NCBI GenBank assembly: GCA_030390025.1
Contig: CM059431.1
Coordinates: forward strand, 100,194,001 to 100,258,000
From: Squalus acanthias
Taxonomy: Eukaryota
Length of the DNA: 64,000 nt
Direction of reading: 5' to 3'
The position numbers and the translations under genes are program-made. This document shows, one piece after another, positions 28,591-42,862 of this stretch. Position 1 is the first letter of the stretch, and every line of letters begins with the position of its first letter. Below the pieces are notes generated by a model, which was given only the letters and a program-made list of their open reading frames with translations, ran no database searches and was not told the origin of the DNA.

Positions 28591-29346
28591 GTAAGTCTTA
28601 CTTTCTATTCATTTTCTTGTTTAATGTGAGCAGTCTTAATTATGTCAAAAATAAAGCATGACCGTTATAACTTATCAACCTATTACGTGCAGTAATGGTT
28701 TAGAACCCTGCTCTGGAGCAACATTTGGAAAAGTGAATTGGAAATTCCCAGGGCACTGCCACTCCGCCCACCCCCCCCCCCCCCCCCCCTGCTCACCCAA
28801 CTCCATTGGCGTGAGTGCCGCGGTCTGGAACTTGCACCGGTCCTTCTCCGAGGCCGTGTTCTGGGGAACGGAATTCTCTCCCTAGCTCGAGCAGGCTGCC
28901 AGCTCCTGGAAAGGTCCATCGCCGGCTCTCCCACTGACTCGAGCTGATCCCTCCCCCTCGAAAGGTGGAGTGGGATTCCCCCCAGAGCCAAGTGGGGCCA
29001 AAGGAGGGAGGAAAAAAAAAGGTCACAGAATGATACAGCACAGAATGAGGCCATTCGGCCCATCGTGCCTGTGCCGGCTCTTTGAAAGAGCTCTCCAATT
29101 AGTCCCACTCCCCCTGCTCTTTCCCCCAGATCCCTGCAAATTGGTTTCCTTTTCAAGTATTTATCAAATTCCCCTTTTGAAAGTTACTATTGAATCTGCT
29201 TCCACCGCCCTTTCAGGCAGCGCATTCCAGATCACAACAACTCACTGCGTCGAAAACATTTTTTTCCCTCATCTCCCCCTCTGGTTCTTTTGCCAATTAC
29301 CTTCAATCTGTGTCGTCTGGTTACCGATACGATAAGTTTCTTGTGA

Positions 29347-29520
<174 letters not shown>

Positions 29521-29635
29521 TAACGCGTCTGCACTTAAATTAGTAAATATCTTCCATTTTCCTGTTAAATCTCCAGTGACCCATTTCCATCCCTGTATTT
29601 TTTAATTTCATATCATTTTTAAATGAATTGATCGC

Positions 29636-30964
29636 TGTATCAGTGTGGCTCAGTGGGTAGCACTCTCGCCTCTGAGTCAGAATGTTGTGGGTTCAAGTCC
29701 CGCTCCAGAGACTTGAGCACAAAATCAGAGGGGCAGTACTGAGGGAGCACCTCACTGTCGCAGGGGCAATACTGAGGGAGCGGCGCACTGTCGGAGGGGT
29801 AGTACTGAGGGAGCGCCGCACTGTCGGAGGGGCAGTACTGAGGGAGCACCTCACTGTCACAGGGGCAATACTGAGGGAGCGCCGCACTATCGATGGGCCA
29901 GTACTGAGGGAGAGCCGCACTGTCGGAGGGGCAGTACTGAGGGAGCACCTCACTGTCACAGGGGCAATACTGAGGGAGCGCCGCACTATCGATGGGCCAG
30001 TACTGAGGGAGAGCCGCACTGTCGGAGGGGCAGTACTGAGGGAGCGCTGCACTGTCAGAGGGGCAGTACTGAGAGAGCGCCGCACTGTCAGAGGGGCAGT
30101 ACTGAGAGAGCGCCGCACTGTCGGAGGGCCAGTACTGAGGGAGCGCCGCACTGTCGGAGGGGCAGTACTGAGGTAGCGCTGCACTGTCGGAGGGGCAGTA
30201 CTGAGGGAGCGCTGCACTGTCGGAGGGGCAGTACTGAGGGAGCGCTGCACTGTCGGAGGGGCAGTACTGAGGGAGTGCTGCACTGTCGGAGGGGCAGTAC
30301 TGAGGGAGCGCTGTACTGTCGGAGGGGCAGTACTGAGGGAGCGCTGCACTGTCGGAGGGGCAGTACTGAGGGAGCGCTGCACTGTCGGAGGGGCAGTACT
30401 GAGGGAGCGCCGCACTGTCGGAGGGGCAGTACTGAGGGAGCGCTGTACTGTCGGAGGGGCAGTACTGAGGGAGCGCTGCACTGTCGGAGGGGCAGTACTG
30501 AGGGAGCGCTGCACTGTCGGAGGGGCAGTACTGAGGGAGCGCCGCACTGTCGGAGGGGCAGTACTGAGGGAGCGCTGCACTGTCGGAGGGGCAGTACTGA
30601 GGGAGTGCTGCACTGTCGGAGGGGCAGTACTGAGGGAGTGCTGTACTGTCGGAGGGGCAGTACTGAGGGAGCGCTGCACTGTCGGAGGGGCAGTACTGAG
30701 GGAGCGCTGCACTGTCGGAGGGGCAGTACTGAGGGAGCGCCGCACTGTCGGAAATGCCGTCTTTCAGATGAGACGTTAAATCGAGGCCCCGTCTGCCCTC
30801 TGGGGTGATTGTAAAAGATCCCACGGCCACTATTTCGAAGAAGAGCAGGGGAGTTCTCCCTGGTTTCCTGGCCAATATTTATCCCTCAACCCAACATCTA
30901 AAAACAGATTATCTGGTCATTATCACATTGCTGTTTGCGGGAACTCGCTGTGTGCAAATTGGCC
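29636..30964 (+). mobile_element. Deu-domain SINE with internal 33-bp array, 3' tail lost
   Basis: A/B boxes 29646-29701, array 29733-30752, Deu core; fused to an inverted SINE tail. Confidence 0.87.
29733..30752. repeat. 33-bp minisatellite, about 31 units, inside a SINE
   Basis: Unit gcagtactgagggagcgctgcactgtcggaggg. Confidence 0.97.
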
Positions 30965-31143
30965 AGTGAAGTACTTTTTGAAGTGTGGTCACTGTTGTAA
31001 TGTAGGAAACGCGGCAGCCAATTTGCACACAGCAAGTTCTCACAAACAGCAATGTGATAAATGACCAGATAATCAGTTTTAGTGATGTTGGATGAGGGAT
31101 AAATATTGGCCCCAGGACACTGGGGAGAACTCCCCTGCTCTTC
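30961..31143 (-). mobile_element. Inverted Deu-SINE 3' fragment
   Basis: Reverse complement of the SINE body, adjacent to the previous copy. Confidence 0.85.
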
Positions 31144-31717
31144 ATCAAGGGGGACAGATAGGGAAGATAGAGAGAAACTATTTCTGCTGGTTGGGGAGTC
31201 TAGCACGAGGGGGCATAGTCTAAAAACTTCTACACGAAAAGAGTGGTAGAAGTTTGGAACTCTCTTCCGCAAACGGCAATTGATGCTAGATCAATTGTTA
31301 ATTTTAAATCTGAGATTCATAGATTTTTGTTAACCAAAGGTATTAAGGGATACAGGGCAAAGGTGGGTAGATGGAGTTAGGTCGCAGATCAGCCATGATC
31401 TCATTGACTGGCGGAACAGGCTCGAGGGGCTGCATGGCCTCCTCCTGTTCCTGTGGTTGAAAGAGCGAGTGGCCACTGTGTCAGGTCACCGTCTCTGCTA
31501 CTAACGCAGTACCCCAAATCTATCTCTGTCGCTTCTGAGCACAGGCAGTGTTTCGGCACATGTGAAGAGGAGGTAATGCACGATGTTGAACACGCTCATC
31601 ACTCCCCGAGGTAACACTAGAAATGTGGCCAAATTTGGAGCTTGGATCTGAGGATAAAGATTGTCTGAGTTCGCTTCTCACAACTGGAAATTGTCACCTG
31701 GCTTGCACCTGTATTCG

Positions 31718-32004
31718 GGGTTGCCAACTCTGGTTGGACATATTCCTGGAGGTTTCATCACATGACCACCCGCCTAACCGCCCCACCCAGTGAAACAGCT
31801 TTTCTTGCCCCCCTATCTCCAATATATTTTTTTAGTGCCCCTGATGATTTTTCTCCCCGGGTTTTTGCTGGCGGCAGTGTCCGGGAGATGAATCTTCAAT
31901 TCCTGGAGACTCCAGGGCAATTCCTGGAGACTCCAGGGCAATTCCTGGAGACTCCAGGGCAATTCCTGGAGACTCCAGGGCAATTCCTGGAGGGTTGGCG
32001 ACCC
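31718..32004 (+). mobile_element. Small TIR element (ggggttgccaac termini) containing the 21-bp array
   Basis: ggggttgccaac/gttggcgacccc; homologous to 6541-6897. Confidence 0.72.
31897..31992. repeat. 21-bp tandem repeat, about 4.6 units
   Basis: Unit caattcctggagactccaggg. Confidence 0.95.
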
Positions 32005-32508
32005 CACCTCTTGCCTGTTGCTGCTGCAATAGTCTTTGGGCTCTTTCCCTTGTGATATGATTTTCTCCACAGGCAGAATAAAGCCAATGAATCTTGTATG
32101 TTTCAAGAGATCATTTCTCATTCTTCTAAAAACACCAGAGTGTATCTGCCCAATCTACTCCACCTCTCATTATATATCATAGAACCCTACAGCACAGAAG
32201 GAGGCCATTCGGCCCATCGTGCCTGTGCCGGCTCTTTGAAAGAGCTCTCCAATTAGTCCCGCTCCCCCTGCTCTTTCCCCATACCCTGTAAATTTTTCCT
32301 CTTCAAGTATTTATCCAATTCCCTGTTGAAAGTTACCATTGAATCTGCTTCCACCACCCTTTCAGGCAGCGCATTCCAGATCACAACAACTCGCTGCGTA
32401 ATTATTTTTTCCCTCATCCCTCGCCACCCCACCCCCCCCACCCCCGGATTCTTTACCAGTGATCTTACATTGGTGTCCTCCTGGTTACCGACCAGAGTTA
32501 TTTGATGA

Positions 32509-32838
<330 letters not shown>

Positions 32839-32849
32839 TAAGATATGTG

Positions 32850-33535
32850 GACAGTTCTGGTCTCCATATTAAAAAGGATATAGAGGCACTGGAGAAGGTG
32901 CAAAAAAGATTTATTAGGATGATGCCAGAACTGAGAGGTTACAACTAGCAGGAAAGATTGAACAGGCTGGGGCTCTTTTCTCTAGAAAAGAGAAGGCTGA
33001 GGGGTGACCTGATGGAGCTCTTTAAAATTATGAAGGGGTTTGATAGGGTAGACGTAGAGAAGATGTTTCCACTTGTGGGGGAGACCAGAACTAGGGGCCA
33101 TAAATATAAGATAGTCACTAATAAATCCAATCGGGAATTCAGGAGAAACTTCTTTACCCAGAGAGTGGTGAGAATGTGGAACTCGCTCCCAACGTTCCCT
33201 CTCTAAGCTGTGTAGCCGCGCAGCTCTCTGCTGGTCTCGCGCAGCCTGGGACCGGCTTTTTCAATGTTAACGTTCGTGCATGCGCGAAACTGAATGGGGC
33301 GCGCACCCACCAAAAAAATAACGGGGAACATTGCTCACCACCGCAGGGAGTGGTTGAGGTGAATAGCAGAGATGCATTTAAGGGGAAGCTGGATAAACAC
33401 ACAAGGGAGAAATGAATAGAAGGATATGCTGATGGGGTGAGATGAATAGGGGTGGGAGGAGGCTTGTGTGGAGCAGTAACACCGGCACGGACCAGTTGGG
33501 CCGAATGGCCTGTTTCTGTGCTGTATGTTCTATCT
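32850..33535 (+). mobile_element. CR1 3' fragment interrupted by a MITE
   Basis: LGLFSLEKRRLRGDL...WNSLP; 3' UTR. Confidence 0.88.
33190..33333. mobile_element. 144-bp hAT-like MITE inserted in a CR1 fragment
   Basis: TIR caacgttccc/gggaacattg; CR1 sequence resumes after it; a partial inverted relative lies at about 38787-38935. Confidence 0.78.
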
Positions 33536-33680
33536 CTATGTACCTATAAGGAGTAATGTTTGTGCTTCCAGTGTGGAGCCTCACTTCTGAGAGTTCATAT
33601 TGATAATTTGAGCATGCTTCCTATCTCCTCCTCAGAATTGCACCAGGATTGGGTTTAGCATTCATGTCCACAGCTGTTAG

Positions 33681-33968
<288 letters not shown>

Positions 33969-33989
33969 TAACACACAATAGCCATTGTA

Positions 33990-34376
33990 ACACAGGAACA
34001 GGAGGAGGCCATTCAGCCCCTCGAGCCTGTTCCACCATTCAATGGCTGATCTGTAGCTTAACTCCATTGACCCGCCTTGGTTCCGTAACCCTCAATACCC
34101 TTAACCGAATGAAAATCTATCAATCTCCATCTTGAAATGTTCAATTGACCCCCAGTCTCAACATCTTTTTGGGGGAGAGAGTTCCAGATTTCCACCACCC
34201 TTTGTGTGAAGAAGTGCTTCCTGACATCACCCCTGAACGGCCTGGCTCTAATTTTAAGGTGATGCCCCCTTGTTCTGGACTCCCCCACCAGAGGAAATAG
34301 TTTCTCTCCATCTACCCTATCAAATCCTTTAATCATCTTAAACACCTCAATTGGATCGCCCCTTAATCTTCTGTAT
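33990..34376 (-). mobile_element. CR1 3' fragment
   Basis: ORF 34058-34345; further short CR1 ends at about 28013, 29026, 31150, 32177, 38320, 39453, 51506 and 54293. Confidence 0.86.
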
Positions 34377-34389
34377 TGTGAATAAACAG

Positions 34390-34858
34390 TGTCAGCTGTG
34401 GCTCAGTGGGTAGCACACTTGTCTCTGAGTCAGAAGGTTGTGGTTTCCAGTCCCACTCCAGAGACTTGAGCACATAAAGCTAGGCTGACACTCCAGTATA
34501 GTGCTGAGGGAGTGCTGCACTGTCAGAGGTGCCGTCTTTCGGATGAGACGTTAAACCGAGGCCCCGTCTGCTCTCTCAGGTGGACGTAAAAGATCCCATG
34601 GCACTATTTCGAAGAAGAGCAGGGGAGTTGTCCCTGGTGTCCTGGGCCAATATTTATCCCTCAATCAACATCACTAAAACAGATTATCTGGTCATTATCA
34701 CATTGCTGTTTGTGGGAGCTTGCTGTGCGCAAATTGGCTGCCGCATTTTCCACATTACAAAAGTGACTACACTTCAAATAGTATTTCATTGGCTGTAAAG
34801 CACTTTGAGACGTCCGGTGGTCGTGAAAGGCGCTATATAAATGCAAGTCTTTCTTTCT
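34390..34858 (+). mobile_element. Full-length tRNA-derived Deu-domain SINE (SacSINE1-like), monomer form
   Basis: A box tggctcagtggg, degenerate B box, Deu-like core ggtgccgtctttcggatgagacgttaaaccgagg...aaagatcccatggcact, L2-like tail aaggcgctatataaatgcaagt(cttt)n. Confidence 0.85.
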
Positions 34859-36185
34859 TAAAGGGAGCGATAATGCACTGTTCGAAGCCTATTGTGTTAG
34901 AGCACATCAGACACTTGCAGCTGAAATATGGCCATTGTGAGAAATGTGTGTGCTGCTCAGGTGCTTGCAAATAAGGGCACAAAAATTGTTAATGGGCTCA
35001 TAAGCCCATAATGCATTCTCAGCTCCTAACAAACACTGCAGTCACTCTCAGTAAGCTCCTTCAGCCATGTTGTGCCCTTTTTCCCAAAAGCAATTGAGCC
35101 CGGTCCTTGTGGGAGGAGCAGAGGTTTGGCTAAATTATTTCAGTGCTTGGTAATTGTTTTTCTTTCTTTATTGTAACGCACAAACATCTAGCTTTCTAAA
35201 AATGGATCCACTTTCCCATCTCCGGGTGTTAGGGAGTGCCGCAGTACAGTTACACTGCTAATCTCTGTAACCTCCTCCAGCCCCACAACCCTCCCAGATC
35301 TCTGCGCTCCTCCAATTTTGGCCTCTTGCGCATCTCCGATTTTAATCGCCCCACCATTGGCGGCCGCGCCTTCAGCTGCCTGGGCCTTAAGCTCTGGAAT
35401 TCCCTCCCTAAACCTCTCCGCCTCTCCAATGCTCTCTCTTCTCCTTTATGACGCTCCTTAAAATCTACCTCTTTGACCAAGCCTTTGGTCACCTGCCCTA
35501 ATATCTCCTTATGTGGCTCGGTGTCAAATTTTGTTTGATAATCGCTCCCATGAAGCGCCTTGTGACGTTTTACTACATTAAAGGCGCTGGATAAATGCAA
35601 GTTGTTGCTTAAATAGTAAGTAGCTGTCTTACTGGGCTTCCCCTCTGTACTTACTGGCTTTGGAGGAGGAAGAGGAGTGTCAGATGAGACACAAAAGGGA
35701 GGTTTATTCATTCCCTAGGAAATCAAAATAAGACCCGCCCTTGTAGCACCTTTCATGACCTCGGGACGTCCCAAAGCGCTTTCCAGCCAATGAAGTAGTT
35801 TTGAAGTGTAGTCACTGTTGTAATGTTGTAATTTACACCAGCCAGGGAAGAGTTGCCTGGATATGTCTCTGAGAAGATGTTGCTTTAGGAGACCACGGTT
35901 CCCAAGAAAGGTCATGATGGAAAATCCAGGACAAGGAATGTCAAGATGGCAGCTACCTTCATTTTTTTTTCTTACCATCGTGTCTTTCCAAGAGCTATGT
36001 GTCAAATCTCCCAACTCATAGAATCACACAGCACAGAGGGAGGCCATTCGGCCCATCGTGCCTGTGCCGGCTCTCCAATTAGTCCCACTCCCCCCCTGCT
36101 CTTTCCCCAGAGCCCTGCAAATGTTTCTTTTTCAAGTATTTATCCAATTCAATTTTTTTGAAAGTTGCTGTTGAATCTGAGTTGA

Positions 36186-36383
<198 letters not shown>

Positions 36384-37284
36384 TAATGAAACTCCATCTT
36401 TCTCAGTCATCTTTAAATTTGTTTGAGCTCATCCGAGTTTCTTTCCCCGAGGGCAGGGGCTTGCAAAACAAAACCTTGGAAGCTGTTGGTATTTCTTTTC
36501 CGTAGAATGCTTTGTCAAATATCACGGTCAAACACACCCTGACCCTTGCTATTCAAGCTAATCTCTTATCGCGATTGTCACTATTCAAAAATGTTTAATA
36601 TTTAGCTGCGTATCCATTTTGTTCTTGATGCTTCGATAGCCTAATTGCCTGTGGTCCTGTTTAAAACATGTTAAAATGTGCAACTTTTCAAGTCAGTGAC
36701 CTGCAACTTCCAGAGTCTGGCCAATTTGCGCTGAGCCCCATTGTGAATCTTTGGGCTGCCTTTAGTGCTGTGCGCCATGCCGTTCGTTAATTACCATCCT
36801 TATTTCTTGAGCGATTGATATCTGACGCGGAGCCCAAAAAGACATCCCTTTTAATTAACGAAGAGCGTGGGTAGACGTGCCGCTCTCGCGTCGGCAGAGA
36901 GGAGCCCCGCCGAGCCCATCTGCTCGCTGGAGTCACAGTGAGTGTAATTGCCCTGTCAGTGGGCCGGTCTAGAGCCGTCTAAACTCAGTCCCTGCCAAAT
37001 ATTCTCATCTTTGTGTCCGACTCATCGCATCGTGACTGCCTTCTTTTGGATAATTTCCACAACCTTCTCCAGTGACGCCTTTCACAGAGGAACAGCTGGC
37101 CGATGATTCTGTAAAAATAATCACCCAAATCTATCCTCACTGTTTCGAATCTTCCTACTTATTATGCAATGGTGGTTATATGACCTAATATTTTTTTGAA
37201 ACTAGTTTTTAACGGCTACAATTAATAGATATGATTTTTTTTTTTAAATGACCAAGCTTTGATATTGATGACAATGATTTTTAA

Positions 37285-37753
37285 GAACATAAGAATTAGG
37301 AGCAGGAGTCGGCCATTCGGCCCCACTCCGCCATTCAATAAGATCATGGCTAATCTTCGACCACAACTCCACTTTCCTGCCCGATCCCCATACCCCTTGA
37401 TTCCTCTAGAGTCCAAAAATCTATCTGTCTCAGCATTGAATATACTCAAAGACTCAGCATGCACAGCCCTCTGGGGTAGAGAATTCCAAAGATTCACAAC
37501 CCTCTGAGTGAAGAAATTCCTCCTCATCTCAGTCTTAAATGGCCGACCCCTTATCCTGAGACTGTGCCCCCTGGTTCTAGACTCTCCAGCCCAGGGGAAA
37601 CAACCTCTCAGCATCTACCCTGTCAATCCCCCTCAGAATCTTGTATGTTTCAATGAGATCACCTCTCATTCTTCTAAACTCCAGAGAGTAAAGGCCCATT
37701 CTACACAATCTCTCATCATAGGACAGCCCTCTCATCCCAGGAATCAATCTAGT
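37285..37753 (-). mobile_element. CR1 3' fragment
   Basis: Reverse-complement match to 8960-9435. Confidence 0.88.
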
Positions 37754-39006
37754 ATATGAGAGCTTATTGGCTCTGTCGTTCTATTGTAGTGGGTACCTGG
37801 CTTATATATTTCTATCAGTCCCCTCCATTTAAAACACCCACCTTTAAAATGGGTAGTGGCTCATGGAACGGTGCAGCACAGATGGAGGCCATTCGGCCCA
37901 TCGTGCCTGTGCCGGATAATTTCAACCAAAAAGCGATGACCAATAACATTTGCACTAGCATCAATTTCAAAGTTACCGTTTACAGCGTCTTCAGCGCGCC
38001 GTTTACTTCGGGCAGACGCAGCTGTGTTTGCGCACTGGTTCGCACCTCATTGACGGGCACTGAATGCAAGAACAGACAGAAGTAAATAGCGACTCAGTAA
38101 GCCCTTCTAATTCCCTGTAAATGGTGTGGGTTTGCAGTCTGTACCAGGCACAGACTGCAGGAGCAAACATGACTTCTCGGAACATAGGAACCAAGAGGAG
38201 GCCATTCAGCCCCTCGAGCCTATCGCTCATGCCAACCAGAGGGAGGTGGCACTAGCACTGACTGCCAACTCCCTCACCGCCAGGACTTCAGACCAGTGAC
38301 CCATGAACACAGCAACAAGATTAGGTCATTCAGCCCCTCGAGCCTGCTCCGCCATTCAGTGCGATCACGGCTCATCTACGACCTAACTCCACATACCCAC
38401 CGTTGGCCCGTATCCCTTAATACCTTTGGTTAACAGAAAGCTGTCAATCTCAGATTTAAAATTAACAATTGGCCCAGCATCAATTGCCATTTGTGGAAGA
38501 GAGTTCCAAACTTCTACCACCCTTTGCGTGTAGGAGTACTTCCTAACTCCACTCCTGAAATATCTGGCTCTAATTTTTAAGCTGTGTCCCCTGAGTCCAA
38601 GACTCGCACTTTACCACAGTATATAGTAGGGTACTGTCATAGCGCTACCCCGCTATACCGCCTATCGTGTATCGCGGGCAAATCGCGGTCGCATGAACAA
38701 CCCCACTATAAACGGTGGGGGGACTGTTTTTATCTTTTAAGCTTTTAGGAGAAGGGATATTTCGGTAATAAATAATAACACTGGGACAATGTTCCCTGTA
38801 ATTATTTTTTGTGCCGCGCGGCCCCTTTAAGCGGCTGCACGGGCCATTCGAAATACCGCGAGCATGTGTGGTTCCTGCACTGAAACGCCAGCAAGCCGGT
38901 CGCGCGGGTTCCCTGGAGCGATCGCACCGGGACCTCTTTAGTAAAGTGATTAGACACCTCCCATCTTTTTAATCTGTTTTTTTTTTAACTTATCTCGGCG
39001 TTATAA

Positions 39007-39168
<162 letters not shown>

Positions 39169-40094
39169 TAAGTCGAAAAGCAAGACCTTGCATCAGGAAA
39201 CGGCATCAATGCAGCATTGCTGAGGAAAACTTGTCCAAAATCAACTTTATGCTCATTGTTTTGTATCGGTCGCAGAAATGATTTGCAGGATATTTACTGT
39301 TGAGCCGAGTCTTTGCCTGAAACTTTTCCTTAAAAATAAATTACTTGTATCTCTTCCGTATTATCTGCTGCGCACTTGCTATAAACTTTCCATTTTTTAA
39401 TTAGCAATTGCATAGCTCACTTAACAGTTGAGACACTGGTCCCAGGATAAATCATCGAATCGCACAGCACAGCAGGAGGCCATTCAGCCCATCGTGCCTG
39501 TGCCGGCTCTTTGAAAGAGCTCTCCAATTAGTCTCACGCCCCTGCTCTTTCCCCCAGAGCCCTGCAAATTTTTCCTTTTCCTTACCAAATTCCCCTTTTG
39601 AAAGTTACTATTGAATCTGCTTCCACCGCCCTTTCAGGCAGTGCATTCCAGATCACAACTCGCTGCTTTAAGAAAAAATTCTCCTCATCTCCCCTCTGGT
39701 TCTTTTGCCAATTATCTTAAATCTGCGTCCTCTGGTTACCGACCCTCCTGCCAGTGGAAACAGTTTCTCCCTATGTACTCTATCAAAACCCATTGTAATT
39801 TTGGACGCCTCTGTTAAATCTCCCCTTAACCTTTTCTGCTCCACGGAGAACAATCCCAGCTTCTACAGGCATTTTAATAAAACAGTTTTTTTTTAAAATG
39901 TCTCTTTATTTTCTTCCTTTCCCATATTTGGCTTCTATATGGAGCACTATCCCTGGATGAAAGGATAGACATATGATCCACTCCCAGGATCCGGAAAAGC
40001 TCATCTTGAGCTGGCCATGGGAGGTATGCGATGGCAACCCAGAATGCCTCTTTGTATTAGAGAAAAGAGCCCCAGCCTGTTCAGTCTTTCCTGA

Positions 40095-40437
40095 TAGTGC
40101 TGCACTGTCAGAGTGTCTTTCGGATGAGACGTTAAACCGAGGCCCCGTCTGCTCTCTCAGGTGGACGTAAAAGATCCCATGGCCACTATTTTGAAGAAGA
40201 GTAGGGGAGTTATCCCCGGTGCCCTGGCCAATATTTATCCCTCAATAAACATAACAAAAACAGATTTTCTGGTCATCATCACATTGCTGTTTGTGGGAGC
40301 TTGCTGTGCGCAAATTGGCTGCCGTGTTTCCCACAGTACAACAGTGACTCCACTTCAAAAGTACTTCATTGGCTGTAAAGCGCTTTGAGACGTCCGGTGG
40401 TCGTGAAAGGCGCTATATAAATGCAAGTCTTTCTTTT
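40095..40437 (+). mobile_element. 5'-truncated Deu-domain SINE
   Basis: Matches about 34512-34858. Confidence 0.85.
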
Positions 40438-40944
40438 AATTTCTCAGTTCTGGTATCATCCTTGTACCACACGGACTGCAGCGGTTCAAGAAGGCGGCTC
40501 ACCACCACCTTCTCAAGGGCAATTAGGGATGGGCAATAAATGTTGGCCTTGCCAGCGACGCCCACATCCCATAAACAAATTTTTTAAAAATCCTTGTACA
40601 TCTTCTTCGCACCTTCTCCAGAGCCTCTATAATAGTTCAGTAAGTTTATTCAAGAAGGTGACAAAGCGTGCAGATGTGTGATCTCAGCTTTCTGCTGAGT
40701 TGACTGCTCTCAGTGCGGGGGTGGGGTGGGGGGTGGGGGAAATCGGCCGAAGTTCCCACTGCTAACCACTATCCGGTGAGCCCTGCTGGAAGTGTCCTTG
40801 TCTGAATGGCGAGGTGAGGACCGGATTTGGCACCGGATGTACTGCCCTGTGGTTGAATAAGCTGCCAACACTCACTGAGCTCGGACACGGGCAGCAGAGC
40901 TTTAGCTGAGCTGAGGTTTACTGAGGGTGGGAGGTGGGAAAGCA

Positions 40945-41849
40945 AATTGTGTGGAGGACGCAAAGAATCTCCAAAGGGATATAGATAGGCTAAGTGAGTG
41001 GGCAGGAATCTGGCAGATGGAGTATAATGTGGGAAAATGCGAGGTTATCCACTTTGGTAGGAAAAATAAATAAGCAAATTATTATTTAAATGGAGAGAGA
41101 TTACAAAAAGCTGAGGTACAGAGGGATCTGGGGGTCCTTGTACATGAAACACAAAAAGTTAGCATGCAGGTACAGCAAGTAATTAGGGAGGCAAATGGAA
41201 TGTTGGCCTTTATTGCAAAGGGAATGGAGTATAAAAGCAGGGAAGTCCTGTTACAACTGTACAGGGCGTTGGTGAGACCACACCTGGAGTACTGCGTACA
41301 GTTTTGGTCTCCTTATTTAAGGAAGGATATACTTGCTATGGAGGCAGTTCAGAGAAGGTTCACGAGGTTGATTCCGGAGATGAAGGGGTTGTCTTATGAA
41401 GAAAGGTTGAGCAGGTTGGGCCTATACTCATTGGAGTTTAGAAGAATGAGAGGGGATCTTATTGAAACATAAGATTCTGAGGGGGCTTGACAGGGTAGAT
41501 GCAGAGAGGATGTTTCCCCTCATGGGGGAATCTAGAACTAGGGGACATAATTTCAGAATAAGGGGGCACCCTTTTAAAACGGAAATGGGGAGAATTTCTT
41601 CTCTCAGAGGGTCGAGAATCTTTGGAATTCTCTTCCCCAGAGAGCTGTGGAGGCTGGGTCATTGAATATATTTAAGGTTCATGATAATATAGACAGATTT
41701 TTGAATGGTAAGGGAGTGAAGGGTTATGGGGAGCGGGCAGGGAAGTGGAGTTGAGGCCAAGATCAGATCAGCCATGATCTTATTGAATGGCGGAGCAGGC
41801 TCAAGGGGCCAAATGACCTACTCCTGCTCCTATGCCTTATGTTCTTATG
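40945..41849 (+). mobile_element. CR1-clade LINE 3' fragment
   Basis: LYRALVRPHLEYCVQFWSP...RRMRGDLIE, frameshift near 41470, 3' UTR. Confidence 0.9.
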
Positions 41850-42389
41850 GGAGACCGGCCAGGAGAGCGTTGAAGTAGTCGAGTCTGGATGTAGCAAAGG
41901 CACAGGCGAGAGTTTCAGCAGCGGATGAGCTGACGCGGGGACGGAGACGGGCGATGGTACAGAGATGATATCAACAGCATCAGGAGAGGAAAATGGTGAA
42001 AGAAGAAAAAGTCTTGGAGTAAAGCCCATCGTCTCCAGCGCGCCCAGAATAGAACATGACTCATGCAGATAAAAGGATCTTACTTTGAAGATTTTCTAGT
42101 CTAAGATGTGGGAAAGGAAAAATTGGAGGTATAAAGATAAGGTCTCACTGTGAACTGGCACTAGCTCAATTAGATTAAATGAACTCCAAGGTTTCCATTT
42201 GTCGAAGTATCTAAAATAAAACAATTAATGAATTTAGAATGACCATTTACATAAGAACTAAATTATGATTGATTATCTGTTCAACTCATTGAACTAATAA
42301 ATGATGACTAAGCATGCCTTGGATTATTAATTCAAGACAATGACCTTATTGGTTATAATCGGGTCTCATCTCCAGTCAGAGAGCTGATT

Positions 42390-42862
42390 TAGAATTACAG
42401 AGAATGTACGGCACAGAAACAGGCCATTCGGCCCAACCAGTCCATGCCGGTGTTTATGCTCCAAACGAGTCTCCTCCCACCCCTCTTCATCTCACCCCAT
42501 CAGCATATCCTTCTATTCCTTTCTCCCTCATGTATTTAACCAGCTTCTCCTTAAATGCATCTACGCTATTCGCCTCAACCATTCCCTGTGGTAGCGAGTT
42601 CCACATTCTAACCACTCTCTGTGTAAAGAAGTTTCTCCTGAATTCCCCATTGGATTTATTAGTGACTGTCTTATATTTATGGCTCCTAGTTCTGGTCTTC
42701 TCCACAAGTGGAAACATTTCCTCTACGTCTACCCTATCAAACCCTTTCATAATTTTAAAGACCTCTATTGGATCAAATCTCAGTTCTGGTATCATCCTTG
42801 TGAATCTTTTTGTACTTTCTCCAGTGCCTCTATATCCTTTTTTAATATGGAGACAGGAACTG
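42390..42862 (-). mobile_element. CR1 3' fragment
   Basis: ORF 42487-42867 carries the CR1 C-terminus. Confidence 0.88.

Noticed and set aside
28769..28790. Poly-C run as a G-quadruplex element (also about 49909-49929)
   Set aside because: Simple homopolymers, one within a LINE fragment; length unreliable and no evidence of function.
29640..30875. Long repetitive ORFs (411, 350 aa; also 18675-19243, 20244-21017, 44092-44433)
   Set aside because: Translations of a stop-free 33-bp array inside SINEs, open in several frames on both strands.
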